From a virus, in IMG/VR virus record IMGVR_UViG_3300032070_000613, positions 77,096-141,095 of that record: a DNA stretch of 64,000 nt; one strand, written 5' to 3'. Of the stretch, positions 11,196-21,268 are shown in pieces. A program made the position numbers and the translations under genes. Positions within the stretch are counted from its first letter, which is position 1. The number at the start of each line of letters is the position of its first letter. The notes under the pieces were generated by a model. That model made no database searches. It was not told where the DNA came from and was given only the letters and a program-made list of their open reading frames with translations.

Positions 11196-12776
11196 ATGAA
11201 AACAGCAGTAGTTACCGTTACGATTGGTGTCAAATTTGAAGAGATGAGCAAACTAACACATCCATCTATTAAAGTTTATGCTGATAAGATTGGGGCTGAG
11301 TTTATAGTTCTTAATAAACAAAATCAGTTGTCTCCCACCCCTCATTTTGAGAAATTTCAGCTATATTATTTATTAAATAAATATGATAGGATCATTTATC
11401 TGGATACTGACCTTATATTACGAAAAGATTGTCCAAATTTATTTGATATAGTTCCAGAATCAAAATTTGGAGCTTTTAATGAAGGAGCCTTTTGTGAACG
11501 AGTTCAAGCTTTTCAAATGGCTCAGCAGCAGCACAAAATTTTTATCAGAAATTGGAATGGGAAGTATTTCAATTCCGGTGTGATGGTTATCTCGCGTATG
11601 CACAAATTTTTATTTAAGTTACCTGAAAATACTGATCTTAATTTCTACGAACAAAGTTATTTAAATCTCATGTTACATAGCAACCAAGTAGAAATGTTCG
11701 ATTTGGATTCAAATTTTAATAGAATGAGTTGTATCGATAGCAAAACAGGATTGCACAGATTAAATAGTTATATTGTTCATTATGCTGGTGCGCCGGATTC
11801 AATGGATGTAAATCAGATTATCCGAGCAGATTTTGAAGTTTGGGAGAAAGATAATTATCCACGAAAAAGAAATATTTTATATAGACCTCAAGGTGGTCTT
11901 GGAGACGTAATATGCTCTGAGCCTACTGCTAGACATTTGTTGAACACCATGTATAAAGATACAAACTTTTTAATAGAAACTTGGTTTCCTAGAGTATTTA
12001 GCCATTTACCTTGTAGAGTTTTTAAAGTAGGTCAGTTTCAACCAGAGCGGGATATTCCATATTATGTTATAGTTTCTATGACTCCGCCGGAGCATATATC
12101 GTGGCAGTTTATGTCAGTAAATTTAATGCACACTATCGATTTTTCAAGTCTTATCAGTTGTCGTAAGATTTTACCTGACAATGAAAAGAATATTAAATTA
12201 GCTGTTAGTTTAGAAGATATAAAGGAAATCACTGAGATTATTGGTATAACATCTTTGATTGATTTTGTTTTAATACATCCGGGTAAAGGTTGGCCTAGTA
12301 AAACTTTTCCGAATAATTTCTGGTCTGATATAATCGATGGATTGGTGAAAGCAAATAAAAAAGTTATTTTAATAGGAAAATACGTATCAGGTGAACAAGG
12401 AGTGACTGATATCAAATTCGATCATGAGAATGTACTCGATCTTAGAAATTTAACCAGTCTAGGTGGATTAATTGGTTTAATCAGCCAAGCTAAAATTCTT
12501 ATCTCAAATGATTCAGCCCCCATACATATTGCGGGTGCTTTTGATAATGAAATAATATTAATTCCAACGTGTAAGCATCCTGATTGGTGCTTGCCCTATC
12601 GTAATGGTAACAAATATTACAAAACTCAAGCTTTATATAAAAAAGCTTTATGGGATACATATGATTCAGCCCCTACTAATATTAATGGTGAGGCAGTAGA
12701 TCGAGTTAATGGTAATTATGAAGATTATTTACCAGATCCTCAAACTGTCATAGATGCCGTTATTAAAATAGGATAG
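11196..12776 (+). CDS. Bifunctional glycosyltransferase, GT8-like + GT9 (heptosyltransferase-like) fusion
   Basis: IIYLDTD, YFNSGVMV, EQSYLN, IVHYAG (GT8); GGLGDVI, IHPGKGWPSK, ISNDSAPIHIAGA (GT9). Confidence 0.8.
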   Translation: MKTAVVTVTIGVKFEEMSKLTHPSIKVYADKIGAEFIVLNKQNQLSPTPHFEKFQLYYLLNKYDRIIYLDTDLILRKDCPNLFDIVPESKFGAFNEGAFCERVQAFQMAQQQHKIFIRNWNGKYFNSGVMVISRMHKFLFKLPENTDLNFYEQSYLNLMLHSNQVEMFDLDSNFNRMSCIDSKTGLHRLNSYIVHYAGAPDSMDVNQIIRADFEVWEKDNYPRKRNILYRPQGGLGDVICSEPTARHLLNTMYKDTNFLIETWFPRVFSHLPCRVFKVGQFQPERDIPYYVIVSMTPPEHISWQFMSVNLMHTIDFSSLISCRKILPDNEKNIKLAVSLEDIKEITEIIGITSLIDFVLIHPGKGWPSKTFPNNFWSDIIDGLVKANKKVILIGKYVSGEQGVTDIKFDHENVLDLRNLTSLGGLIGLISQAKILISNDSAPIHIAGAFDNEIILIPTCKHPDWCLPYRNGNKYYKTQALYKKALWDTYDSAPTNINGEAVDRVNGNYEDYLPDPQTVIDAVIKIG

Positions 12777-12780
12777 TTAT

Positions 12781-15700
12781 ATGGCGTGGTCAACTCTTAC
12801 TTCTGGTGATAATACCCAAGGCGTAGTTGCTTCTGCAGCTCTCTTTTCTCATAAGGGTCTTATAGGAGAAATCCTAAAACCCGGCTCTTTCCAGCAAGCT
12901 GCTTTAAAATACAATCATGCTGCTATTATAGATAATCAAGGAATGATATGGACTTGGGGAACTAATACTTATGGTCAGATAGGAAATAATTCAGTAACAG
13001 CTGCTACGTCACCTATCTCTATAGTTAGAACAGGCTCATATATTTTTGTTAAAACAGGTTATAGTTTTAGTTTAGCTATTGATGCCTCTACAGGTAATAT
13101 ATGGTCATGGGGTTATAACAACTATGGCCAGTTAGGGGATAGTACTACAACAAATAGATCGTCATCGGTGATCATAGTCAGAACGGCATCTTATTCTCAA
13201 ATATCCGCTGGATATGATCATTCTCTGGCCATAGATGCTACCACCGGTAATATATGGGCATGGGGTTATAATAATGTTGGTCAGTTAGGTGATGGAACTA
13301 CTAATAATAAATCTTCTCCTATAGCCATAGTTCGAACTGCCTCTTTCTCACAGATATCCGCAGGTTATCAATATAGCTTAGCAATAGATGCTACTACCGG
13401 TAATATATGGGCATGGGGTTATAATAATGTTGGTCAATTTGGAGATGGAACTACTAATAATAAATCTTCTCCTATATCTATAGCTAGAACATCATCTTAT
13501 TTTAAAATATCTGCTGGATATAACCACAGTCTATCTATCGATGCCTCTACTGGGAATGTGTGGGCATGGGGTAGTAATGGGGCTAATCCAAATAGCACTA
13601 ATTATCTTGGTAAATTGGGTAATGCTCCAACAGTTTATAGTTACAAATCAATGACGTTTGGTTATTATTCTTTTATTCTTTTAGATTCAACAGGTACAAT
13701 TTGGACTGGCGGTGGTAATACTTATGGTCAAGTAGGTGATGGTACAGTTATTGATCGTTCATCTCCTGTCTTGATTTTGCGATCGGCTTCTTACTCTAGT
13801 GTCACGGCTGGAGCGTATACGGCAATGGCTATTGATGGCTCTACTGGTAATATTTGGGCATGGGGTTATAATAGTTCAGGACGATTAGGTGATAATACTA
13901 CACAAAACAGGTCTTCTCCTGTAGCTATAGCTAGAACAGCATCATATTCTGTATTAGCTCCTTTGTATAATAGTAATCATTGTTTAGCTATTGATGCTTC
14001 GACTGGAAATATCTGGGCATGGGGATACAATAATTATGGACAGCTTGGAATAAATACCACGACAAATAGGTCTTCTCCTGTAACAATAGTTAGAACTGCT
14101 TCCTATGTAGCAATAGCTGCAGGACCAGATTACAGTTTGGCCATAGATGCTACTACTGGTAATATATGGGCATGGGGCAGAAATTCGTATGGACAGCTAG
14201 GAGATAATACTACAACAACAAAATCTTCTCCAGTCGCAATAGTTCGCACAGATTCTTATATAGCTATATCTGCAGCAGGAGATAGTTCTGGGCTTGGTTA
14301 TGGTGTTAGCATGGCTTTGAATAGTTCAGGTACCGTTTACTGCTGGGGATATAATAATTATGGTCAGATAGGAGATAACACCATAACAAATAGATCTTCT
14401 CCAGTTGCTATAGCTAGTAATTTATCTTTCTCACAAATATCAGCAGGTTCTTATCAGTGTTTTGCCATAGATATTTCTACTGGTAATATATGGGGTTGGG
14501 GTGCTAATTCTGGTTCAGACTTGGGTGATGGAACATTCATAAATCGATCTTCTCCTGTTATGCTAGCAAGACAAATATCGTTTTCTGCGGTTAAAGGTGC
14601 TCCTGTTATTCCATCAGCTATTGAAGCAGAAACTGGATTTTTATGGATATGGGGACAAAATCTATATTATTATGATAGTCAATTACAATATTTAGTTTCT
14701 GGAAATTTTACAGATGTAGGTTGGTACTATACTTCATATACAGTGCCTCAGTTTATTAGTAAGAATATAGCATTAGATAACCAATCATCTCCTGTAGCTA
14801 TTACAAGAACAGCTTCTTACTCCAATATTTCAGCAGGATATCAACATAGTTTAGCCGTAGATGCTACCACCGGTTCTGTTTGGTCTTGGGGACAAAATAT
14901 TGCTGGCGAATCTGCTATTGGGTATAATAATTCATCAGTATTAGTCCCCACAGCTATAGCAGGAAGTCGTTCTTATAAAAGTTTAAAAATAGCATATCAA
15001 TCTACTTGGTTACTTGATTCATCTGATTATTTATATGAAGCTAAGGTTTTAGCTACTCCACCAAAAATTAAAAATGGTACTTTCTCTGATATGTGTTTAG
15101 GGACCTGGTGTTCCTATGTAATTGATAAAAATACAGGAAATATATTAGTGCAAGGAACTAATGAGTATGGACAATTAGGAGACAACACCACAGAGAATAG
15201 GTATGTTTTGGCATCAACTGCGAGAACAGCATCTTATTCTAAAATTGTTTGCTCGATGCAACCTCCGACTGCTACGACAATGTCAGCTATGGCTATCGAC
15301 GCCTCGACTGGAATGATTTGGAGTTGGGGATATAATAATTACGGTCAGTTAGGAGATGGCACTAGAACTGATCGTTCGTCTCCTGTAGCAATACAAAGAA
15401 CAGCTTCTTATATCAGCATAGCACGGGGATATGCTCATAGTTTAGCTATTGATGCGTCTGATGGATCAATATGGTCATGGGGACATAATGAGGAGGGTCA
15501 GTTAGGAGATAATACTACACGACATAGATCTTCTCCTGTATCTATAGTTCGATCTGGATCGTATAAAACTGTTACAGCAGGATTTACGTCTAGTTTTGCT
15601 ATTGATGCTTCGACGGGTATGGTATGGGCTTGGGGGCTTAATGTAGGTGGTCAGCTTGGCGATAATACTATAATAAATAAATCTTCTCCTGTATCTATAG

Positions 15701-17379
15701 CGAGGGTCGGGTCGTATTCAGAAGTTGTTTCAGGGTATTATACTAGTGGAGTGATCGATGCATCTACTGGTATGGTTTATATGTCTGGTAGTAATACTAA
15801 TGCTAGTCTTGGGAATGGTACAAATATTAATAGATCTTCTCCAATAGGTATCAGTCGAATAGGATCTTATAGAAATCTTACTATCAGTAATGACCAATAT
15901 ATTAATGGGGTCGGAGTAATTGATGCGGCAACAGGGTATGCTTTTGTGTGGGGTTTAGGTCTTGATGTACCTTTCCCAGGGACGTTACTTGCAAATGATT
16001 TTAGATCGGGGCTTCTATGGTTTAATATTTCTCCTCAGCAAGTTATAAATACTAATTCGTTTGCTCAAATAGCTGCCGGATCTAGTGCATCTCTCTTTTT
16101 ACCGCAGAATTATTCTGTATGGGCAAATTTTACCAAAGATACTATACATACAAATACAATGTCAGATGTTCATTTTACATCCACTTTTATTAACAATCCT
16201 GTTAGTTGGACATGGTACTTTGGAGATAGCACTTCAGTAGATGCAAACCCTACTCATGCTTTTACTATCTTTGGTTCACCTTTGCCTATTTCTTTAGTAG
16301 CACAAGGATCATTTGGAGATCCCTATACGGCTACTGATTCTATTAGTATATACTCACCTACTCAGATATCCAACAAAAACACAGTTTATATGTGTGGTTG
16401 GGGTAATGCCTGGGCTTCGAATGGCTATGGGAATATTAATTTAAATTATCTCGCCCCACTAACTGCAACAGCAATAGATATAGGATATAGACAATTTACT
16501 AATCTATTTATAGAGAAAGATACTAACTTTGTATGGGGGTTCGGTAATAATAATGCAGGTCAATTAGGAGATAATAGCTTAACTAATAGGACTATTCCTA
16601 CTTTGATTAAATCTGAATCATTTAGTAAAGTAGTTTGTGGCTATAATAATTCTGCTGTTATTGATTCTAATTATATGCTATATGTGACTGGATTAAATAC
16701 CTATGGTCAAATTGGTGATGGAACAACTATTAATAGGTCTACTCATGTAGCTGTAGTTCGCACAGGATCTTATGCTGATACTGTTCTTAGTCTGTATCAT
16801 TCGTTAGCTTTAGAAAAATCAACAGGAAATATCTGGGCGTGGGGTTATAATAACTACGGTCAGTTAGGTGATAATACTACACAAAATAGATCATCTCCTG
16901 TAGCTATAGTTAAAACAAGTTCTTTTATTAAAGTTACAGCTGGAGATTATTTCTCAGCTGTTTTGGAAGATACAGGTATAGTATGGACATGGGGTTATAA
17001 TAATTCCGGGCAATTAGGAATAAACAATGTTTCATCAATGTCATCTCCTATGAGCATAACACGATCTTCATCATACAGCGATATATCAGCTGGTAATTCG
17101 CATATGCTAGCACTGGATGGTTATACTGGAATGATTTGGACTTGGGGTCTTAATACATCGGGTCAGTTAGGAGACGGCACTATTCAGAATAGATCTTCTC
17201 CTATAGCTATAATTAGAACAGCATCATATATAGCAATTGCGGCGGGGGTATCTACATCGTATGCTGTGGATTCTACTGGTCTTGTTTTTGGATGGGGTAT
17301 TAATTCAAATAATGAAATTGGTAATTATTCTGCCATTAATTATTCATCTCCAGTTATAATAGCTAAGGTTACTTTTTAA
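12781..17379 (+). CDS. Large RCC1/BLIP-II repeat beta-propeller protein with internal PKD domain
   Basis: More than 20 repeats of WxWGxNxxGQLGDxTxxN[RK]SSP; PKD motif SWTWYFGD near residue 1150. Confidence 0.85.
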   Translation: MAWSTLTSGDNTQGVVASAALFSHKGLIGEILKPGSFQQAALKYNHAAIIDNQGMIWTWGTNTYGQIGNNSVTAATSPISIVRTGSYIFVKTGYSFSLAIDASTGNIWSWGYNNYGQLGDSTTTNRSSSVIIVRTASYSQISAGYDHSLAIDATTGNIWAWGYNNVGQLGDGTTNNKSSPIAIVRTASFSQISAGYQYSLAIDATTGNIWAWGYNNVGQFGDGTTNNKSSPISIARTSSYFKISAGYNHSLSIDASTGNVWAWGSNGANPNSTNYLGKLGNAPTVYSYKSMTFGYYSFILLDSTGTIWTGGGNTYGQVGDGTVIDRSSPVLILRSASYSSVTAGAYTAMAIDGSTGNIWAWGYNSSGRLGDNTTQNRSSPVAIARTASYSVLAPLYNSNHCLAIDASTGNIWAWGYNNYGQLGINTTTNRSSPVTIVRTASYVAIAAGPDYSLAIDATTGNIWAWGRNSYGQLGDNTTTTKSSPVAIVRTDSYIAISAAGDSSGLGYGVSMALNSSGTVYCWGYNNYGQIGDNTITNRSSPVAIASNLSFSQISAGSYQCFAIDISTGNIWGWGANSGSDLGDGTFINRSSPVMLARQISFSAVKGAPVIPSAIEAETGFLWIWGQNLYYYDSQLQYLVSGNFTDVGWYYTSYTVPQFISKNIALDNQSSPVAITRTASYSNISAGYQHSLAVDATTGSVWSWGQNIAGESAIGYNNSSVLVPTAIAGSRSYKSLKIAYQSTWLLDSSDYLYEAKVLATPPKIKNGTFSDMCLGTWCSYVIDKNTGNILVQGTNEYGQLGDNTTENRYVLASTARTASYSKIVCSMQPPTATTMSAMAIDASTGMIWSWGYNNYGQLGDGTRTDRSSPVAIQRTASYISIARGYAHSLAIDASDGSIWSWGHNEEGQLGDNTTRHRSSPVSIVRSGSYKTVTAGFTSSFAIDASTGMVWAWGLNVGGQLGDNTIINKSSPVSIARVGSYSEVVSGYYTSGVIDASTGMVYMSGSNTNASLGNGTNINRSSPIGISRIGSYRNLTISNDQYINGVGVIDAATGYAFVWGLGLDVPFPGTLLANDFRSGLLWFNISPQQVINTNSFAQIAAGSSASLFLPQNYSVWANFTKDTIHTNTMSDVHFTSTFINNPVSWTWYFGDSTSVDANPTHAFTIFGSPLPISLVAQGSFGDPYTATDSISIYSPTQISNKNTVYMCGWGNAWASNGYGNINLNYLAPLTATAIDIGYRQFTNLFIEKDTNFVWGFGNNNAGQLGDNSLTNRTIPTLIKSESFSKVVCGYNNSAVIDSNYMLYVTGLNTYGQIGDGTTINRSTHVAVVRTGSYADTVLSLYHSLALEKSTGNIWAWGYNNYGQLGDNTTQNRSSPVAIVKTSSFIKVTAGDYFSAVLEDTGIVWTWGYNNSGQLGINNVSSMSSPMSITRSSSYSDISAGNSHMLALDGYTGMIWTWGLNTSGQLGDGTIQNRSSPIAIIRTASYIAIAAGVSTSYAVDSTGLVFGWGINSNNEIGNYSAINYSSPVIIAKVTF

Positions 17380-18374
17380 TGTCTTCCTTAATATTAAGAG
17401 GTGGGCCGGGACTCAGAATTCTTTTAACAGAGAATGCTATAGCAACAGCTGATTTTTCCGGTACACCACTTTCAGGTGATGCTCCATTAACAGTTAATTT
17501 CACTGATTTGTCTACGGGATCCCCTGCTTCATGGGACTGGGATTTCGGAGATGGCTCTTCGCATTCTACAGAGCAGTATCCTACTCACATTTATACGGTA
17601 GCTGGAGTTTATACAGTAATCCTATCTATTAATGGAGGGGCCAGTACTAAGACACAAACAGACTATATTACTGTAAATTTAGTAGCTGATCTTTCCGGCA
17701 CCCCAACTACCGGTAAAGTGCTTTTAACAGTTAATTTTACGGATCTGTCTACAGGAGTCCCTACATCATGGGACTGGAATTTCGGAGACGGTAGCTCTCA
17801 CAGTACAATTAAAAATCCGCAACATATCTATTCCACAGCAGGAACATATACGGTAATTTTGACCGCATCAAAAGGGGTGATATCTTCGATAGTAACAAAA
17901 ACGAATTATGTCACTGCTCGCATTAGATCTGGATTTTCAGGATTACCTGTTATTGGTCAGCTCCCTCTTATTGCTCAGTTCACTGATGAATCTTTAGGAG
18001 GAGGAATCACTTCTTGGGCATGGGATTTTGGTGACGATACTTCTGTTATTAGATCGCAAAGTCCTCGTCATTATTATATGCGTCCCGGATCATACACCGT
18101 CAGCCTGACCGTTTCTAATGGAGTAGAATCCGACATTGAGACTAAAACAGGATATATAACCGTATCTCCATATACATTGAGTTTTTCCGGCACTCCCAGA
18201 ACCGGTAATCCCCCCATAGCAGTACAATTTATAGATACCAGTACAGGAATAACTCCTGACGAAAAACTGTGGGAGTTTGGGGATGGGGACACATCTACAG
18301 AACAAAATCCGGTGCACGTCTATCGCAGATCTCAAGTTTATTCTGTAAAAATGACTGTGCGAAAAAATCTGTAA
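17379..18374 (+). CDS. Multi-PKD protein (4 domains)
   Basis: Four FSGxP...FTDxSxG...WxFGD repeats. Confidence 0.85.
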   Translation: MSSLILRGGPGLRILLTENAIATADFSGTPLSGDAPLTVNFTDLSTGSPASWDWDFGDGSSHSTEQYPTHIYTVAGVYTVILSINGGASTKTQTDYITVNLVADLSGTPTTGKVLLTVNFTDLSTGVPTSWDWNFGDGSSHSTIKNPQHIYSTAGTYTVILTASKGVISSIVTKTNYVTARIRSGFSGLPVIGQLPLIAQFTDESLGGGITSWAWDFGDDTSVIRSQSPRHYYMRPGSYTVSLTVSNGVESDIETKTGYITVSPYTLSFSGTPRTGNPPIAVQFIDTSTGITPDEKLWEFGDGDTSTEQNPVHVYRRSQVYSVKMTVRKNL

Positions 18375-18451
18375 ATTTTTTGTGTTTTAAAAATGAATAA
18401 GAAAGTCAGAATAATCATTTAAATTAATCAGATTGATTCTATAGGTTTGAT

Positions 18452-19921
18452 ATGTATTATTTTTCTATCACTATAGATAAGACAAAAGTTCAAGGAACTA
18501 ATTCTAATTTTATATATTTATTTGATGAATCTGCTAATAATGTTCCCGTCGGTTTTTGGTCGCATGTTGTAGATTCTAATGGTCTTGACATTCGTTTTTA
18601 CGATACAGATAGTTTAACGGAGCTCAAACGTGAAATTGTGCTATATTCATCTATTACAAATACAGTTGAAGCATGGATACAGATCCCCTCTATTAGTGAT
18701 ATTGTAGACAAAGTAATTTGGTGTAAATATGGAGAAAGCGTTATATCGAATTCTTCAGAAGTTTGGACAGACTCTGGAATAACTCAAGTCAATCATTTGA
18801 AATCTGATGGTTCTAATGTTGCTGATAGTGCTCATGGTATAACAGGTACACTTTTTCCCCCTGCTACATCATGCTCCGGTGTTATCCATGAAGGAGTGGA
18901 CTGTACATCTGGGAGGATTCGTATTCCTCATAGTGTATATAGTAACCCTGGAAGTAATTCTTTTGCCGTTTCATTTTGGATGAATCTTGTAAATATTGCG
19001 GCATATGATCCAATTATTCAAAAACAGAACTTTGGAAGTGAGCAGTGGGGAGTATATCGAGGTGGTTCTGATAGCTATGGAATGCCCGGGAAAAAATTGA
19101 ATTTATTTCTTTCAGCGACATCAGGTTTTAGAGGCGGTTATACAGTCAATAATTACTCAGATGGAAACTGGCATCATGTTGTTGCTATATTTGATCAAGG
19201 TTTAGATACACTCAAATGCTATGTTGATGGGTACATAGTAGGCATGGTGATTGACCATGTTACTCCTCCGTGGCCCAATCCCGACAATACTGGGTATGAG
19301 GTGATAAATTCCAGTTTATCTTCTGATACAATAAAAGTTGATGAAATAAGATTCTATAAAACATTGCCAACTGAAGATGATATTTTAACACAATTTAATA
19401 ATCAAAATGATCCCGCTACATTTTCTTTATGCGGTCCCGAAGAATCAAATTTAGTAGCTGATTTTTCAGCTACTCCCTTGTCAGGAGTGGCTTCTTTATC
19501 AGTTCAATTCACGGATACCTCTCTAGGTACTCCTACGAGCTGGTCCTGGGACTTTGGAGATGGTATCACATCAACAGAACAGAATCCTATCCATGTTTAT
19601 GGTGCTGCGGGCGTTTATACAGTAGTCCTCAGGGCGATTCGAGGGTCTTTTGAAGACACTGAAACAAAATCTGAATATATAAAAATAGGTTTTACGGACA
19701 GCATAACAAAATATGCCTATATAATTTTAACGCCGCGTCTATCTACAGATGATGCGGCCATACCACCGAGCAGGCCTGAGCTAGGAGTCATGTATGCAGA
19801 TGGAGTAGGCAATTATCTATTTATAAAAAAAGGAATACGTGTAATCCTACCCGCTCAGAGTTCTATTGAAGAAGGTAGCGGATTCGTACGATCGAGTGGC
19901 CCTAGCGTAATTTTTGATTGA
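18452..19921 (+). CDS. DUF2341 + LamG + PKD protein
   Basis: Same N-terminal domain as 7789..10545; WHHVVAIFD and VDEIRFY (LamG); PKD; shared C-terminal tail. Confidence 0.75.
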   Translation: MYYFSITIDKTKVQGTNSNFIYLFDESANNVPVGFWSHVVDSNGLDIRFYDTDSLTELKREIVLYSSITNTVEAWIQIPSISDIVDKVIWCKYGESVISNSSEVWTDSGITQVNHLKSDGSNVADSAHGITGTLFPPATSCSGVIHEGVDCTSGRIRIPHSVYSNPGSNSFAVSFWMNLVNIAAYDPIIQKQNFGSEQWGVYRGGSDSYGMPGKKLNLFLSATSGFRGGYTVNNYSDGNWHHVVAIFDQGLDTLKCYVDGYIVGMVIDHVTPPWPNPDNTGYEVINSSLSSDTIKVDEIRFYKTLPTEDDILTQFNNQNDPATFSLCGPEESNLVADFSATPLSGVASLSVQFTDTSLGTPTSWSWDFGDGITSTEQNPIHVYGAAGVYTVVLRAIRGSFEDTETKSEYIKIGFTDSITKYAYIILTPRLSTDDAAIPPSRPELGVMYADGVGNYLFIKKGIRVILPAQSSIEEGSGFVRSSGPSVIFD

Positions 19922-19931
19922 AAGGGAAAAA

Positions 19932-20579
19932 ATGCTGCAATCAAATTCAGATAAAATAAAAGCTAGCACCGTACCGAATTTCTCGGACGACTCCGTACGG
20001 ATAAAAGCGGGATCTTTTGTCTATGACAATAAATGGATCAATTTTAGTGGTACTGTTTTTAAGGTAAGAGATTATATAACCTCCGTCCTGGTAGGCACCC
20101 GGACTCGTTTCTTTAAAGATAGAAACTACGCGGTCTATCTCCTCATAGGGCTAGACCCCACACAAGGCATCCGAGTGATAGAGGGACAGCATGTCCCTTT
20201 TTCGACGCTACAGGGAGTCCCGCCTCCAGATTCATATGATTTCCTGCCTCTGGTGGGAGTCATAAGTATCCAGGATGGTACGAGAGATCTCAATTTCGGA
20301 TATCTACCTTTGAAAAATGAAAATATCATATTGTTTTCCGGCTATGGTAATATCCTCGATAAAGACCTCAAAGGCGTACAGGGAGACGCGAATTATACAT
20401 ACGGAGAAACAGGTCTCGTAGGAGGGACTGGATTAAAGGGATCCACAGGTAATCAAGGCATTCTTGGTGTCACTGGACAGAGGGGTCATACTCCTACCCC
20501 ACAACGTGGATATACGGGTATAGTCGGGATGACTGGTATCTCTTGGAATATCCACGTACCATTTGAGGAATTTTATTAA
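19932..20579 (+). CDS. Virion protein with short collagen-like C-terminus (paralog of 20616..21254)
   Basis: GETGLVGGTGLKGSTG run; ATG at 19932 follows AAAGGGA, preferred over the TTG at 19914. Confidence 0.6.
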   Translation: MLQSNSDKIKASTVPNFSDDSVRIKAGSFVYDNKWINFSGTVFKVRDYITSVLVGTRTRFFKDRNYAVYLLIGLDPTQGIRVIEGQHVPFSTLQGVPPPDSYDFLPLVGVISIQDGTRDLNFGYLPLKNENIILFSGYGNILDKDLKGVQGDANYTYGETGLVGGTGLKGSTGNQGILGVTGQRGHTPTPQRGYTGIVGMTGISWNIHVPFEEFY

Positions 20580-20615
20580 GAGAATGATAATCTCTTAATT
20601 TATCCCTCTATTCAT

Positions 20616-21254
20616 ATGTCCCTCATAACGAAGCAGAAAAAAGATTTTACTTTAAAAACTAAAGACTCGCGTGAACATGGTGAAAATATCGTTTTCATCA
20701 AAGGCGGATCTGTAGTTTTAGAAGACAAATGGATGTTTTTCCCGGACCTCCGTATTGATGTACAGCAATTAATATTAAAGTACGTCAGCGAGACCTCGAG
20801 AAGAATATTCAATAATTTTAACGATATCCTCTATGTTTTAATAGTTTTGGATAAAACCGGTCAAGTCAAAGTCATCCCCAGCGTATCCTATAATAAAAGC
20901 TCTTTCGGTGATGTAAAAGCTTTCCCGGATCTATCTGGTAAACTCCCTCTGATTTTAGTGCGCCTGACTCAGGATGGTAGCGCCGATCTAAAGGCTTTTA
21001 AACCTATTCTGCCAGATGACATGGAACTCTATCAGGGCTACGGTAATTACACGAAGATGGGCCCTAAAGGGGAAGAAGGATATAAAGGTATTACGGGGAT
21101 GATAGGCATGACGGGTCTACAGGGCATCACGGGCTATTATGGACTGACCGGTTTCCAGGGAGCTACAGGATTACAAGGAAATGTGTTACAGGGAGTGACG
21201 GGTGTAGAGGGGTTGGTCGGAGCAAATTTATACGCTGTGGTAGTAGATCGTTAA
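20616..21254 (+). CDS. Virion protein with collagen-like C-terminus
   Basis: IKGGSVV..KW / LPL..QDG..GYGN motifs shared with the previous gene; GxTG repeats. Confidence 0.6.
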   Translation: MSLITKQKKDFTLKTKDSREHGENIVFIKGGSVVLEDKWMFFPDLRIDVQQLILKYVSETSRRIFNNFNDILYVLIVLDKTGQVKVIPSVSYNKSSFGDVKAFPDLSGKLPLILVRLTQDGSADLKAFKPILPDDMELYQGYGNYTKMGPKGEEGYKGITGMIGMTGLQGITGYYGLTGFQGATGLQGNVLQGVTGVEGLVGANLYAVVVDR

Positions 21255-21268
21255 AGGAGTTATGCCAA

